Positions 27,916 to 37,772 of a stretch of 64,000 nt of DNA are shown here, one piece after another. The stretch is taken from positions 12,723-76,722 of the forward strand of contig CAKPEI010000001.1 in NCBI GenBank assembly GCA_934149365.1. The letters are read 5' to 3'. The notes beneath the pieces are model-generated. The model made no database searches and was not told where the DNA came from. It saw only the letters and a list, made by a program, of their open reading frames with translations. This stretch comes from an uncultured Clostridia bacterium. GTDB taxonomy: Bacteria; Bacillota; Clostridia; TANB77; CAG-465. How positions within the stretch are numbered: the stretch's first letter is position 1; each line of letters begins with the position of its first letter. The translations under genes were made by a program, and so were the position numbers.

Positions 27916-30132
27916 GTGATAAAGAAAATGTTTAAGGGTATATTTAAAAGAAGAAAGGTTGCATATGTAGGGCTCATGCTTGGCGCGTTTTGTGTGTTTG
28001 GTAAGTGTTATGCTGCAAGTTATGCGACTTCAACGATTTCAGATAGCTTCCCAGCAAGTTATCAATCATATATAAATAGATTAAAAAGTAGTCATCCTAA
28101 TTGGAATATTAAGGCTTTTTATACACATTTAGATTGGAATACAGTTCTTAATTCGGAGTCAAAAGGAACATATTCAAGAGTTCAAAATTCGGCATATGGT
28201 GATGCATGGAAAAGAACAGAAGCAGCAAATGATAGTTCATATAATGCAGCAGGTTTTGTACTTGCTTCAAGAGCTGCAGTAGCATATACATTGGACCCAA
28301 GGAACTTCTTAACAGATGAAGGAATATTTCAATTTAGGGTAATAGATAAAGATGTGGCTTCGGATACAGAAACTGCTGTAAAAGAAGTTGCACATAGTAC
28401 ACCAATGTACACAAATGATTATGCTAGTATTATAAAGAAAGTGGGAAATGATAAGAATATAGCTCCAACTTTTATAATATCAAGAATAAGACAAGAAACA
28501 GGTTGTGATACTGTAAATAACGGAAGTATAAATGGTAAAAACTCTAAATATCCTGGTTATTATAACTTCTTTAATATTGGAGCAAGAGATGGAAATGGAG
28601 CTGTACAAGCTGGTATAAATTTAGCACATACTAATGGATGGAATACACCAGAAAAAGCTATTGCAGGTGGAATGGACTGGCTAAACAAAAACTATGTTAA
28701 ATGGGGACAAAGTACAGTATATTTCCAAAAGTTTGATGTAGCAAACCCATATGGTAATGCAACAACGCTTCTTTCTATGCAGTATATGTCTAATATATCT
28801 GCACCAATGGGAGAGGCCAAAATTGCATATAAAGGAATTGAGAGGGCAGGTATATTAAATAACACATACACTTTCTATATTCCAATATATGATAATATGC
28901 CATCAATAGCTTCACCTAGTCCAACTATAGGGTACTATGAAAATGATAGCACAATGGTATATCTAGATGACCCAGATACAAATGATAGCTACGATACTTT
29001 TAAAATAAGGTCAACAGCGGACTCTTCTAGTTCTAGTAATGTAGTGTATACATTAAAAGAGTCTAGTGATATAAATAAAAAGACAGCAATGACAAGAATA
29101 AAAAAAGGCATTGATACTGGTTGGGACTATGTTGAGTTTGAAGTAAATGGTCAAAAGATAGAAGGCTATGTATGGAACTATTATGTATTTGAATATTCAT
29201 ATACTAAAGTAACAGCAATATCTTTAGATAGTGCAAACAAAACATTAAAAGTAGGCGATACTTTTAAACTTTCAGCTACAATAGAACCTTCAAATGCTAA
29301 ATTTAAGGATGTAACATGGAGTAGTTCAAATAATAACGTGTTAACAGTAGACAGTAATGGTAATGTTAAAGGAGTTGCAGCAGGTTCAGCTATTGTAACT
29401 GCTACAACAAAAGACCAACAAAAAACAGCTACATGCACAGTAACAGTTACTGATAAAGACCCAAGTATATCTTTAGATAAAACTAAATACAGTGTAGTGA
29501 GTGGAAAGTTAACACCTTTTAGTGTTGATATAGAATATACTGACGTGTCAGATTATGATGTGAAAATAGAGGATGAAAATATTGCTAAAATTCAAGATGG
29601 AAAAATATTAGGAGTTAAAGAAGGAACAACTAAATTAATTGTTACTTTAAAAGGAACTAATATAAAGGCAGAAGCAGAGATTAATGTAATTGAGATAAAA
29701 GAGGGAGATATAGTAATTGATAGTTCTTTAGATGTGAATAATGATGTTGTATCAAATATATCACCTGAAACAAAAGCACAAGATATAATTGGAAAAGTTC
29801 AATCTTCATACACAGTAGCATTAAAAAATAAATCAGGAGAAACATTAACAGGAGATGCTTGTGTTGGAACGGGAAGTAAAATTCAGATTTTAGATAATGC
29901 AGGTACGGTTATATATGAGTACACAGTTTTAATATATGGAGATGTAACTGGTGATGGTAAAATAACTTCAAAGGACTATATGGCAATTAAAAATCATATA
30001 ATGGGAACGGCTACAATTACAGGAATAGAAGCAAAAGCAGCAGACAGTTTTAGAGATAATAATATAACTTCAAAAGACTATATGATTATTAAAAATCATA
30101 TAATGGGAACATCTGTGATTAGTCAGAAATAA
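27916..30132 (+). CDS. secreted multidomain protein: GH73-like glucosaminidase (putative peptidoglycan hydrolase) domain, Big_2 Ig-like domains, C-terminal type I dockerin
   Basis: Signal peptide. RQETGCD...YNFFNIGA (GH73-like). Big_2 (VTWSSSNNNVLTVDSNGNVKGVAAGSAIVTATT). Dockerin repeats GDVTGDGKITSKDYMAIKNHIMG twice. 738 aa. Confidence 0.7.
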   Translation: MIKKMFKGIFKRRKVAYVGLMLGAFCVFGKCYAASYATSTISDSFPASYQSYINRLKSSHPNWNIKAFYTHLDWNTVLNSESKGTYSRVQNSAYGDAWKRTEAANDSSYNAAGFVLASRAAVAYTLDPRNFLTDEGIFQFRVIDKDVASDTETAVKEVAHSTPMYTNDYASIIKKVGNDKNIAPTFIISRIRQETGCDTVNNGSINGKNSKYPGYYNFFNIGARDGNGAVQAGINLAHTNGWNTPEKAIAGGMDWLNKNYVKWGQSTVYFQKFDVANPYGNATTLLSMQYMSNISAPMGEAKIAYKGIERAGILNNTYTFYIPIYDNMPSIASPSPTIGYYENDSTMVYLDDPDTNDSYDTFKIRSTADSSSSSNVVYTLKESSDINKKTAMTRIKKGIDTGWDYVEFEVNGQKIEGYVWNYYVFEYSYTKVTAISLDSANKTLKVGDTFKLSATIEPSNAKFKDVTWSSSNNNVLTVDSNGNVKGVAAGSAIVTATTKDQQKTATCTVTVTDKDPSISLDKTKYSVVSGKLTPFSVDIEYTDVSDYDVKIEDENIAKIQDGKILGVKEGTTKLIVTLKGTNIKAEAEINVIEIKEGDIVIDSSLDVNNDVVSNISPETKAQDIIGKVQSSYTVALKNKSGETLTGDACVGTGSKIQILDNAGTVIYEYTVLIYGDVTGDGKITSKDYMAIKNHIMGTATITGIEAKAADSFRDNNITSKDYMIIKNHIMGTSVISQK

Positions 30133-30151
30133 ATAATAGGAGGAATATATA

Positions 30152-31501
30152 ATGATTAAAAACAAAAGAATAAAATATTTATCAATATTTATGTTGATGT
30201 TTGTGTTTGCTATAACTAACTTTGTGTATGCAGCAGGAAGCTTTAGTGTAAGTGCTAACAAAACATCATTAAATCCTGGAAATACAGCAACTATAACAAT
30301 AAAGACAAATAATTGTGCAGGTAAGTTTAGTGTTTCATCATCAAATACTTCAGTTGCAACTGTATCTACAGGTTCAACTTGGGTAGATGGAACTGCTACA
30401 ATAACAGTAACAGCTAAAGCAAATGGAAGTGCTAATATAACGGTGACACCAGTTGATGTGTCTGATACAGACTTAAATGATGTTACTGGTAGTAAATCAG
30501 TTACTATAAAAGTAACAACACCTTCTAGTAATACAAATACTAACAAGCCAAGTAGTGGTAGCAATTCTAATAGTAATACAAACAAGAATAACAATAGCAA
30601 TAAAAATAATACAAGTTCAAAATCTTCAAATGCTAATCTTAAAAATATGATACTTAGTGTTGAAGGCCTTTCACCTGCATTTGCTAAAAATATCACATCG
30701 TATTCTCTAAAAGTTGGGGAAAATGTGGATACAATAAAGGTAAATGCTTCAGTTGAACATAATAGAGCTTCTTATTCAGTATCAGGTAATACTAATTTAA
30801 AAGTTGGAGAAAATATAATTACAGTAAAAGTAACAGCAGAAGATGGTACTGTAAAAACATATAAAATAACTGTACTTAAATCAGATGATCCAGTAAAATC
30901 TGATGCAACACTTTCTTCTGTTATAATTGAAGATGTAAATTTAGGGCAGGCATTTGACCCTAATGTTACTGAGTACAATGCAGGAGATATAACTGTTAAA
31001 TCAAGTAAGCTTAATATTTTAGCTTATCCAAATAATGATAATGCTAAAGTTGAAATATTAGGTAATGAAAATTTGGGCGTTGGTGAAGGAAAAATAACAA
31101 TAAGGGTTACATCTGAAAATGGAAAAGTAACTAAAGATTATGTAATAGCTTTTAACAAACTTTATGCAGAAACTAATGCAAACAATGTGGATATATATGG
31201 TGATTCTTTAAGAGCAAGAGAAAATAACAAACCATCATTTTGGTCAAAACTAAAAGATTGGTATGAAGCAAACTTAAAAGAACACATGACAGTTATTGTG
31301 CTATATGTATTTGTTTGGGTAGAATTTTTACAAGTAGTATATTTATATGAAAGATTAAGAAAATATGAAGATTTAGATAAAATAACTGTTGGTAAAAGAA
31401 TAAATAGAGAAGATAAAAAAGAAAAAGCTCCAAAGGAAGAAAAACCAAGAAGAGCAAAACAAAATCCTGTATTCCCTGAAGAAACAGAAAATAAAGAATA
31501 G
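30152..31501 (+). CDS. membrane-anchored partner protein: N-terminal Ig/cohesin-like domain, Ser/Asn/Thr linker, two cadherin-like beta-sandwich domains, C-terminal transmembrane anchor and charged tail
   Basis: Signal peptide. L..LS...G.LSP.F......Y...V cadherin-like repeats. C-terminal transmembrane segment IVLYVFVWVEFLQVVYLY then a KE-rich tail. 449 aa. Confidence 0.65.
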   Translation: MIKNKRIKYLSIFMLMFVFAITNFVYAAGSFSVSANKTSLNPGNTATITIKTNNCAGKFSVSSSNTSVATVSTGSTWVDGTATITVTAKANGSANITVTPVDVSDTDLNDVTGSKSVTIKVTTPSSNTNTNKPSSGSNSNSNTNKNNNSNKNNTSSKSSNANLKNMILSVEGLSPAFAKNITSYSLKVGENVDTIKVNASVEHNRASYSVSGNTNLKVGENIITVKVTAEDGTVKTYKITVLKSDDPVKSDATLSSVIIEDVNLGQAFDPNVTEYNAGDITVKSSKLNILAYPNNDNAKVEILGNENLGVGEGKITIRVTSENGKVTKDYVIAFNKLYAETNANNVDIYGDSLRARENNKPSFWSKLKDWYEANLKEHMTVIVLYVFVWVEFLQVVYLYERLRKYEDLDKITVGKRINREDKKEKAPKEEKPRRAKQNPVFPEETENKE

Positions 31502-31512
31502 TGTAAATAATT

Positions 31513-31550
31513 GGGTATAAATGCAAAATATGTGTTTATACCTATTTTAT
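31513..31550 (+). terminator. rho-independent terminator
   Basis: Hairpin ggtataaa-tgcaaaatatgtg-tttatacc then T-run. Confidence 0.5.
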
Positions 31551-31680
31551 ATATTTTTTCTATATAAAAATATATCTAAATTTAAGTAAATGAATTAATA
31601 TATTTAAAGTTGTAAATAATAATATGTATAAATATTTTTATTTATAGCTTTATTTTTTTTACTTAGGAAAGGAGTTATTA

Positions 31681-33888
31681 ATGAATGAAAAAAGGGTAAT
31701 TAGTTTAAATAAAATGATAGCTTTAATATGTATGCTATGTACTTTTTTTATAGGAAGTAAAGTTTTTGCTGCAACTAAGAGTGTAGGAATAGATAGTTTT
31801 CCAAGTAGTTATCAAATATATTTAAAACAAATTCAAAAGCTCCATCCTAATTGGACATATACAGCACTAAATACGGGGATTGATTGGAATACGGTCATAA
31901 AAAACGAAGGACCTAGTGTAGATTTAAAAAGAAGTGCTATAGGAATTTCATTTGCTGATGTGTGGAAATGGAAAAATAGCAATGGTGCATATAATTTAAT
32001 AGAGCCAGGTTGGGTAACAGCATCTGAGCTTGCTGTGGCATATAGTATGGACCCAAGAAAATACATAAATGAAATGCAAATATTTCAGTTTGAAACTTTA
32101 AATTATGACTCTAGTGTCCAAAATCAAACAGGTGTAGAAAAGATATTTTATGGTACTTTAATGTACCAAAAAAATATCTCATATATAGATACAAATGGGA
32201 AAACTCAAACAATAAATAAAACGTATAGTAAAGTGGTAATGGAAGCTGCTGCAAAATATGGAGTAAGTCCATATCATTTAGCGTCTAGAATAAAACAAGA
32301 AACAGGTTGTGATATACAAAATAACACATCTATAAAAGGAAATGTGTCTGGCTATGTTGGACTATATAATTATTTTAATATAGGAGCAACGGGAGGAAGT
32401 AATCCTGCTATATCAGGACTTGCATATGCAAGAAGTGTAGGATGGACCACTCCGGAACTTGCAATAAATGGTGGTGCAGAGTTCTTATCTCAGAAATATA
32501 TAAATAAAGGGCAATATACTACATATTTGCAAAAATTTAATGTAAATGATAATAGTTCATATAGCTTATACACACATCAATATATGCAAAACATATTAGC
32601 TCCATCTTCTGAAGCTGTAAATACTCATAGTGCCTATTCTAAGATGGGTTTACTTGACATACCTTTTAATTTTGTAATACCAGTGTATGACAATATGCCA
32701 AACTTACCTGTAGATATATATACAGAAAATCCATCTGACTATGTGAAAGATAGCACAAAAGTGTATTGTACAAGTAATTTAAATATAAGGTCGGGAGCCG
32801 GAACTGGTAACAGTGCATTACTCACAGCACCTAAAGGCACAGTTATGACTAGAATAGCAAGAGGTGTTCAAGCAGGAGAAAGATGGGATAAAGTAAGGTT
32901 AGATACAGGACTTGAAGGTTATGTATTCCAGAGCTATATTAAAGAATGTTCATATACTAAGGTAACAGGTGTACAAATTAGCAGTGATGAAATTGATGTT
33001 GAAGTGGGAAAAGAGACTAGTCTAAAAGCAGAAGTATTACCAAGTAATGCTACATACAAAGATGTTACATGGAGTTCAAGTGATAGTAACATAGTAAGTG
33101 TAAGTCAAGACGGAAAAGTAACTGGAGTAAAAGAAGGTATGGCATATGTAACTGTTAAGAGTGATGACCAACTAAAAGAAGCAAGATGTGTTGTAAATGT
33201 AGTAAAGAAAAAAGAACCAAAACTAGAACTTGATAAAGATACATATATTGTTTTAAAAGGAAAGTCTACTAAACTTAATATAACTACATTAAATGTTGAT
33301 AACCCAGAGTATGAAATAGCTGTTCAAAATGAAGAAATTGCTAAAGTAGAAGAAAATAAAATATATGGAATAGAAGAAGGAGAGACAAATATAACAATAT
33401 CACTTGTAGGTACAACTCTAAAGGTTCAAGCTAAAGTTAAAGTAGTTGATATAAAAGAAGGAGAAATAAAAATTAATGAAAGTATAAAAGTAGAAGAAGA
33501 TATTATTAGTAAAATAGAACCAGAAACTACAATCTCAAGCATATTAGATAAAATTGAAACCTCATATGATGTGAAAGTAAAAGAGAAATCAGGAAAAAAT
33601 TTAGGTGAAAATGATATTGTTGGAACTGGAAGTAAAGTTCAGATTTTAGATAGTGCAGGTGCGGTAATATATGAGTATACAGTTTTAATATATGGAGATG
33701 TGACTGGTGACGGAAAAATAACGTCAAAGGATTATATGGCAATTAAAAATCATATAATGGAAACAAGCAGGTTAAATAAAATAGAACAAAAAGCAGCAGA
33801 TAGTTTTAAAGATGGCAATATAACCTCAAAGGATTATATGATAATAAAAAATTACATAATGGGTGTAAGTAAAATAAATCAAGAGTAA
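31681..33888 (+). CDS. second GH73-like/Big_2/dockerin secreted protein (paralog of 27916..30132)
   Basis: 735 aa. Same domain order. Dockerin GDVTGDGKITSKDYMAIKNHIME...DGNITSKDYMIIKNYIMG. Confidence 0.7.
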   Translation: MNEKRVISLNKMIALICMLCTFFIGSKVFAATKSVGIDSFPSSYQIYLKQIQKLHPNWTYTALNTGIDWNTVIKNEGPSVDLKRSAIGISFADVWKWKNSNGAYNLIEPGWVTASELAVAYSMDPRKYINEMQIFQFETLNYDSSVQNQTGVEKIFYGTLMYQKNISYIDTNGKTQTINKTYSKVVMEAAAKYGVSPYHLASRIKQETGCDIQNNTSIKGNVSGYVGLYNYFNIGATGGSNPAISGLAYARSVGWTTPELAINGGAEFLSQKYINKGQYTTYLQKFNVNDNSSYSLYTHQYMQNILAPSSEAVNTHSAYSKMGLLDIPFNFVIPVYDNMPNLPVDIYTENPSDYVKDSTKVYCTSNLNIRSGAGTGNSALLTAPKGTVMTRIARGVQAGERWDKVRLDTGLEGYVFQSYIKECSYTKVTGVQISSDEIDVEVGKETSLKAEVLPSNATYKDVTWSSSDSNIVSVSQDGKVTGVKEGMAYVTVKSDDQLKEARCVVNVVKKKEPKLELDKDTYIVLKGKSTKLNITTLNVDNPEYEIAVQNEEIAKVEENKIYGIEEGETNITISLVGTTLKVQAKVKVVDIKEGEIKINESIKVEEDIISKIEPETTISSILDKIETSYDVKVKEKSGKNLGENDIVGTGSKVQILDSAGAVIYEYTVLIYGDVTGDGKITSKDYMAIKNHIMETSRLNKIEQKAADSFKDGNITSKDYMIIKNYIMGVSKINQE

Positions 33889-33902
33889 AGGAGAAAAAAG
33901 AA

Positions 33903-35126
33903 ATGAAAATTAACAAATTAAATTATTTAAGAATATTTGCTATTCTTCTAGTATTTTTTGTAGTAAGCAAGGTGCAAGCTGCGGGAACATTTAGTGTAAG
34001 CACAAACAAAACATCTTTAAAGCCAGGAGAAACTGCAACAGTTACAATAAAAACTAATAACTGTGCTGGAAAATTCGGAATAAGTTCATCTAACACTGGA
34101 GTTTTAACAGTATCTACAGGTTCAACTTGGGTAGATGGAACAGTAACAGTTACAGTAACTGCAAAAGCTAATGGAACAGCTAGTATATCAGTAAACCCAA
34201 TTGATGTATCAGATAATGATTTAAATGATGTAAAGGGAAGTAAATCAGTTAGTATAAAAGTAGCAACTCCACAAACTACTACCACTCCAAGTACGTCTGG
34301 CACTACAGGAAGTAATAAAACTACGGGAACAACTAAACCTTCTACTAGTAAAACTAGTACTACTACAAAATCAGTAAGCAATAATGCGTATTTAAAAGAA
34401 TTTCGAGTTGATAGACCTGGCATTTCACCTAGTTTTAACAAAAATACATTTAACTATTCTATTACAGTTGATGAAAGTGTAGATAAACTAAATGTAACTG
34501 CAGTTCCAGAAAACAGTAAGGCAAGTGTTAGTATAACCGGAAACACTGGTTTAAAAACAGGTGATAATGTTATAACGGTAAAGGTTGTAGCAGAAGATAA
34601 AAAAACAAGTAAAGTGTATAAAATATTTGTAACAAAAGCAGATGATGAAGCAAAATCTAATGCGTATTTACAAAACCTAATAGTATCAAATATGACACTA
34701 ACACCAGAATTTTCTAAAGAAATTTTTGAATATAGTTTAGGAGACATTTCATATGATGTGGAAAAACTTGAAATATCTGCATTTCCAGTTAATGAAAAAG
34801 CTAAAGTTGAAATAACTGGAAACGATAAACTTGTGGTTAATGAAAATACTATAAAAATAACAGTAACATCTGAAAACTCTAAAGTTCAAAAGGTATATAC
34901 ATTAAAGGTAAACAAAAAAGAGGGTGTAAGTAAAGAAGAAAACAAGCAATTGGAGAGTAAGGAAGAGGAAAGTATGCTTGTTGATAAGTGGTCCAATATT
35001 AAAATAGCATTGAAGGAAAAAGCCCCTATACTTTGGTTATATGCTTTTGTTTGGGTAGAATTTTTACAAGTAGTATATCTATATGAAAAGCTTAAGAAAA
35101 AAGATGATGTAACTCATATAAAATAA
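33903..35126 (+). CDS. second membrane-anchored cohesin-like/cadherin-like partner protein (paralog of 30152..31501)
   Basis: 407 aa. Same architecture and the same C-terminal transmembrane motif FVWVEFLQVVYLYEKL. Confidence 0.65.
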   Translation: MKINKLNYLRIFAILLVFFVVSKVQAAGTFSVSTNKTSLKPGETATVTIKTNNCAGKFGISSSNTGVLTVSTGSTWVDGTVTVTVTAKANGTASISVNPIDVSDNDLNDVKGSKSVSIKVATPQTTTTPSTSGTTGSNKTTGTTKPSTSKTSTTTKSVSNNAYLKEFRVDRPGISPSFNKNTFNYSITVDESVDKLNVTAVPENSKASVSITGNTGLKTGDNVITVKVVAEDKKTSKVYKIFVTKADDEAKSNAYLQNLIVSNMTLTPEFSKEIFEYSLGDISYDVEKLEISAFPVNEKAKVEITGNDKLVVNENTIKITVTSENSKVQKVYTLKVNKKEGVSKEENKQLESKEEESMLVDKWSNIKIALKEKAPILWLYAFVWVEFLQVVYLYEKLKKKDDVTHIK

Positions 35127-35129
35127 ATA

Positions 35130-35154
35130 AAAGCTCCTTATTTAGGAGCTTTCG
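35130..35154. terminator. bidirectional terminator
   Basis: Perfect hairpin aaagctcc-ttattta-ggagcttt. Confidence 0.6.
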
Positions 35155-36444
35155 CTATATTTTTAGTCTTTCTAAAATTTCATTTACAGTTTGTTTTAAC
35201 TTTTCTTCATCTATATTTAAAAGTAGCTTTCTGTCTTGCATAATTACCTCACCATTTATAATGCTAGTTATAACGTGGTAGTTACGAGTATTATGTACAA
35301 TTTGTGAGAAAACATTTGCAGTAGGGAAAACGGCTATGTCGTTATAGTCTAAAACTATAATGTCAGCTTTTTTACCTACTTCTATAGAACCTATTTTATC
35401 ATCTAAGCCAAATGCTTTTGCACCATTTATTGTAGCAAGTTTTAATACATCATAAGAATTTAATATGGTAGGGTCTTGATATAATCCTTTTTGTAATAAA
35501 TCAACAAAAGCTATGTGATAAAACATATCTACATTTATTGCAGAGCCAGAGCCGTCTGTTCCAATACAAACATTAATGTCTTTGTCTAAATACTTTGAAA
35601 TAGGGGCAATACCACAACCTAAGTTAAGGTTACTTACAGGGTTATGAGCTATACTAACATTTGGGTATTTTCCCAAAAGTTCTACTTCATCATCATCCAA
35701 AAAAGTACAATGAGCAAGAATTAATTTGCATTTCAAAAGTCCTAGTTTTTCTAATATATATGCAGGCTTTAAACCGTATCTTTCTTTTAAAGTCTTAACT
35801 TCATCTGTGTTTTCTGCTAAATGAACGTGTATTGGTAAATCATACTTAAGAGCTATATCTCTTAAGCTTTCTAAATATTCAGCAGAACAAGTATATAGAG
35901 AATGAGGTGCTACAGAGAACGTTATTAAATCAGATGTGTTTACATTCTCATTATATAATTTTTTAAATATATTAACTCTTTCTTCACCTTTTCCATCTAC
36001 ATCCATTGTGCAGTTGGTAAATATTTCTCTTACTTTACATTCCTTTATTGCATTTATACTTTCTAAAGAACCAAAATAATGGTCTGCAGATGTAGTAGTT
36101 CCAGACTTAATACTTTCTATTAAAGAAAGTAGTGTTGTATAATAGATTTCCTTATGCGTCATTCTATCTTCGATAGGCCAGATTTTTTTAGTAAGCCAGT
36201 CTTGAAGAGTAAGGTTATCATTAGTACATCTAAATATACTCATACCCAAATGAGTATGACAATTTACAAGGCCAGGCATTACAATTTTATTCTCTGCATT
36301 TATTAGTATATCATACTTACCGGTATAATTTTCTTCTAAGCTAGTTATTGTATCATCTGTAATAACAACATCCATTTTTTCTATTTTTTCTTTTCTTTTT
36401 TCATCCATAGTTATAACTAGTCCATTTTTTATTACTTTAATCAT
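35155..36444 (-). CDS. amidohydrolase, 5-methylthioadenosine/S-adenosylhomocysteine deaminase-like (MtaD/TRZ-ATZ family)
   Basis: PGLVNCHTHL metal-binding motif. ATG at 36444 with RBS GGTGA preferred over the upstream TTG at 36489. Confidence 0.7.
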   Translation of the reverse strand: MIKVIKNGLVITMDEKRKEKIEKMDVVITDDTITSLEENYTGKYDILINAENKIVMPGLVNCHTHLGMSIFRCTNDNLTLQDWLTKKIWPIEDRMTHKEIYYTTLLSLIESIKSGTTTSADHYFGSLESINAIKECKVREIFTNCTMDVDGKGEERVNIFKKLYNENVNTSDLITFSVAPHSLYTCSAEYLESLRDIALKYDLPIHVHLAENTDEVKTLKERYGLKPAYILEKLGLLKCKLILAHCTFLDDDEVELLGKYPNVSIAHNPVSNLNLGCGIAPISKYLDKDINVCIGTDGSGSAINVDMFYHIAFVDLLQKGLYQDPTILNSYDVLKLATINGAKAFGLDDKIGSIEVGKKADIIVLDYNDIAVFPTANVFSQIVHNTRNYHVITSIINGEVIMQDRKLLLNIDEEKLKQTVNEILERLKI

Positions 36445-36557
36445 AATATCACCATAATGTATTATATAATAAAGGATGAAATAAAGCAAAAAAATAGGAT
36501 AAAAATTTGATGTAAATTATATTAAATGATATAATTTACGTGCAGGAGGTAAAAGTA

Positions 36558-37247
36558 ATGAAGATAAACAGAATAACTGTGTATTTACTTACACTTTTAA
36601 TAATTATTATTTTAGCTATAACTGTAGTAATATTTAATTATACTAGGTTAGAAAAGATAGAAATAAAAGAAAAGGTAAATAAAACACCAAAAATAGAAAG
36701 TAATGTAAAAGAAAAGATTACTACTAAAAAAAGAGAAGAATTAGATATAGTCTATGAATATATAATAAATGAAAATGAAGAAATAGCAGCTTGTGCAAGT
36801 GATTACGCAATGGGCAAAATTGCGCTTCAAATGTATAAATCTAGTGATAGTGGTAAAACATTTAAGCTTGTAACAGAAAACTTTATAGAGGTAAATGCAA
36901 AAGCAGAATATGTATTTTTAAATGAAAACATTTGCTTTATATCAAATCCTTTAAATGGTAGAGATAATGCAGAATTAATAATGACAAAAGATGGTGGAAA
37001 GACTTTTAATGTAGTAACATTTGAAGCTCAAGAATTAGAAGAAGATAATGGTGTAAAATTAGAATGGTCAGATGTTTATGATTATTATGAGTTACCAATA
37101 GTAGATAAAAATATAATTACAGTATATGTATCAGAAGGAGCTGACTGTGATTATAAAGGGGGAAATACTGCAGCTAAATATGTTTCAACAGATATGGGGA
37201 ATACTTTCACTTTTAAAGAAATAGTTCAAAGAGAAAAAGCAGAATAA
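36558..37247 (+). CDS. membrane-anchored BNR/Asp-box repeat protein
   Basis: N-terminal transmembrane segment. Three S/T-x-D-x-G-x-T-F motifs (SSDSGKTF, TKDGGKTF, STDMGNTF). ATG 36558 with RBS GGAGG. Confidence 0.6.
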   Translation: MKINRITVYLLTLLIIIILAITVVIFNYTRLEKIEIKEKVNKTPKIESNVKEKITTKKREELDIVYEYIINENEEIAACASDYAMGKIALQMYKSSDSGKTFKLVTENFIEVNAKAEYVFLNENICFISNPLNGRDNAELIMTKDGGKTFNVVTFEAQELEEDNGVKLEWSDVYDYYELPIVDKNIITVYVSEGADCDYKGGNTAAKYVSTDMGNTFTFKEIVQREKAE

Positions 37248-37249
37248 AA

Positions 37250-37277
37250 AAATCTGCACTATATAGTGCAGATAATA
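37250..37277. terminator. rho-independent terminator
   Basis: Hairpin tctgcactatatagtgcaga after A-run. Confidence 0.5.
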
Positions 37278-37279
37278 AA

Positions 37280-37354
37280 TGGTGACCCCTACGGGAATCG
37301 AACCCATGATTCAGCCTTGAGAGGGCTGCGTCTTAACCGCTTGACCAAGGGGCC
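37280..37354 (-). tRNA. tRNA-Glu (anticodon CTC)
   Basis: Reverse complement folds: acceptor GGCCCCT/AGGGGTC, 3-bp D-stem GTC/GAC as in tRNA-Glu, anticodon stem CAGCC/GGCTG, loop CTCTCAA, CCA encoded. Confidence 0.7.
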
Positions 37355-37454
37355 ATGTCACGAAAAGTATTATATCAAAATATGGACAGGTTGTAAATAG
37401 CAGAATGAAAATATTACAGAAAAATTACAAATAAATAAAATAACACAAAAAGTG

Positions 37455-37483
37455 TTGAAAAAAGAAATAATATAAAGTAGAAT
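37455..37483 (+). promoter_or_regulatory. promoter TTGAAA-17-TAGAAT (copy 4)
   Basis: Same as 25867-25895. Confidence 0.5.
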
Positions 37484-37523
37484 AAAAACGTAGGAAAGAA
37501 AAATAACAAAGGAGTGAAAACAA

Positions 37524-37595
<72 letters not shown>

Positions 37596-37675
37596 TATCT
37601 AGAAATAAACTAGATAGAGGTTTTTACGCGCAAAAGACATATTATTAGATAATATAAAGTTAGTTATACAGTAAA

Positions 37676-37699
37676 TGTATAGCTAGCTTTTTTGCATTT
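37676..37699 (+). promoter_or_regulatory. conserved TGTATAGCTAGCTTTTTTGCATTTAA element (copy 4)
   Basis: See 2376-2400. Confidence 0.5.
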
Positions 37700-37772
37700 A
37701 AAGCAAGGTATAATCATTGCATTAAGCAATGTTAATATACAAATTAAGTTTTATATGAAATGGGAGGTAAAA

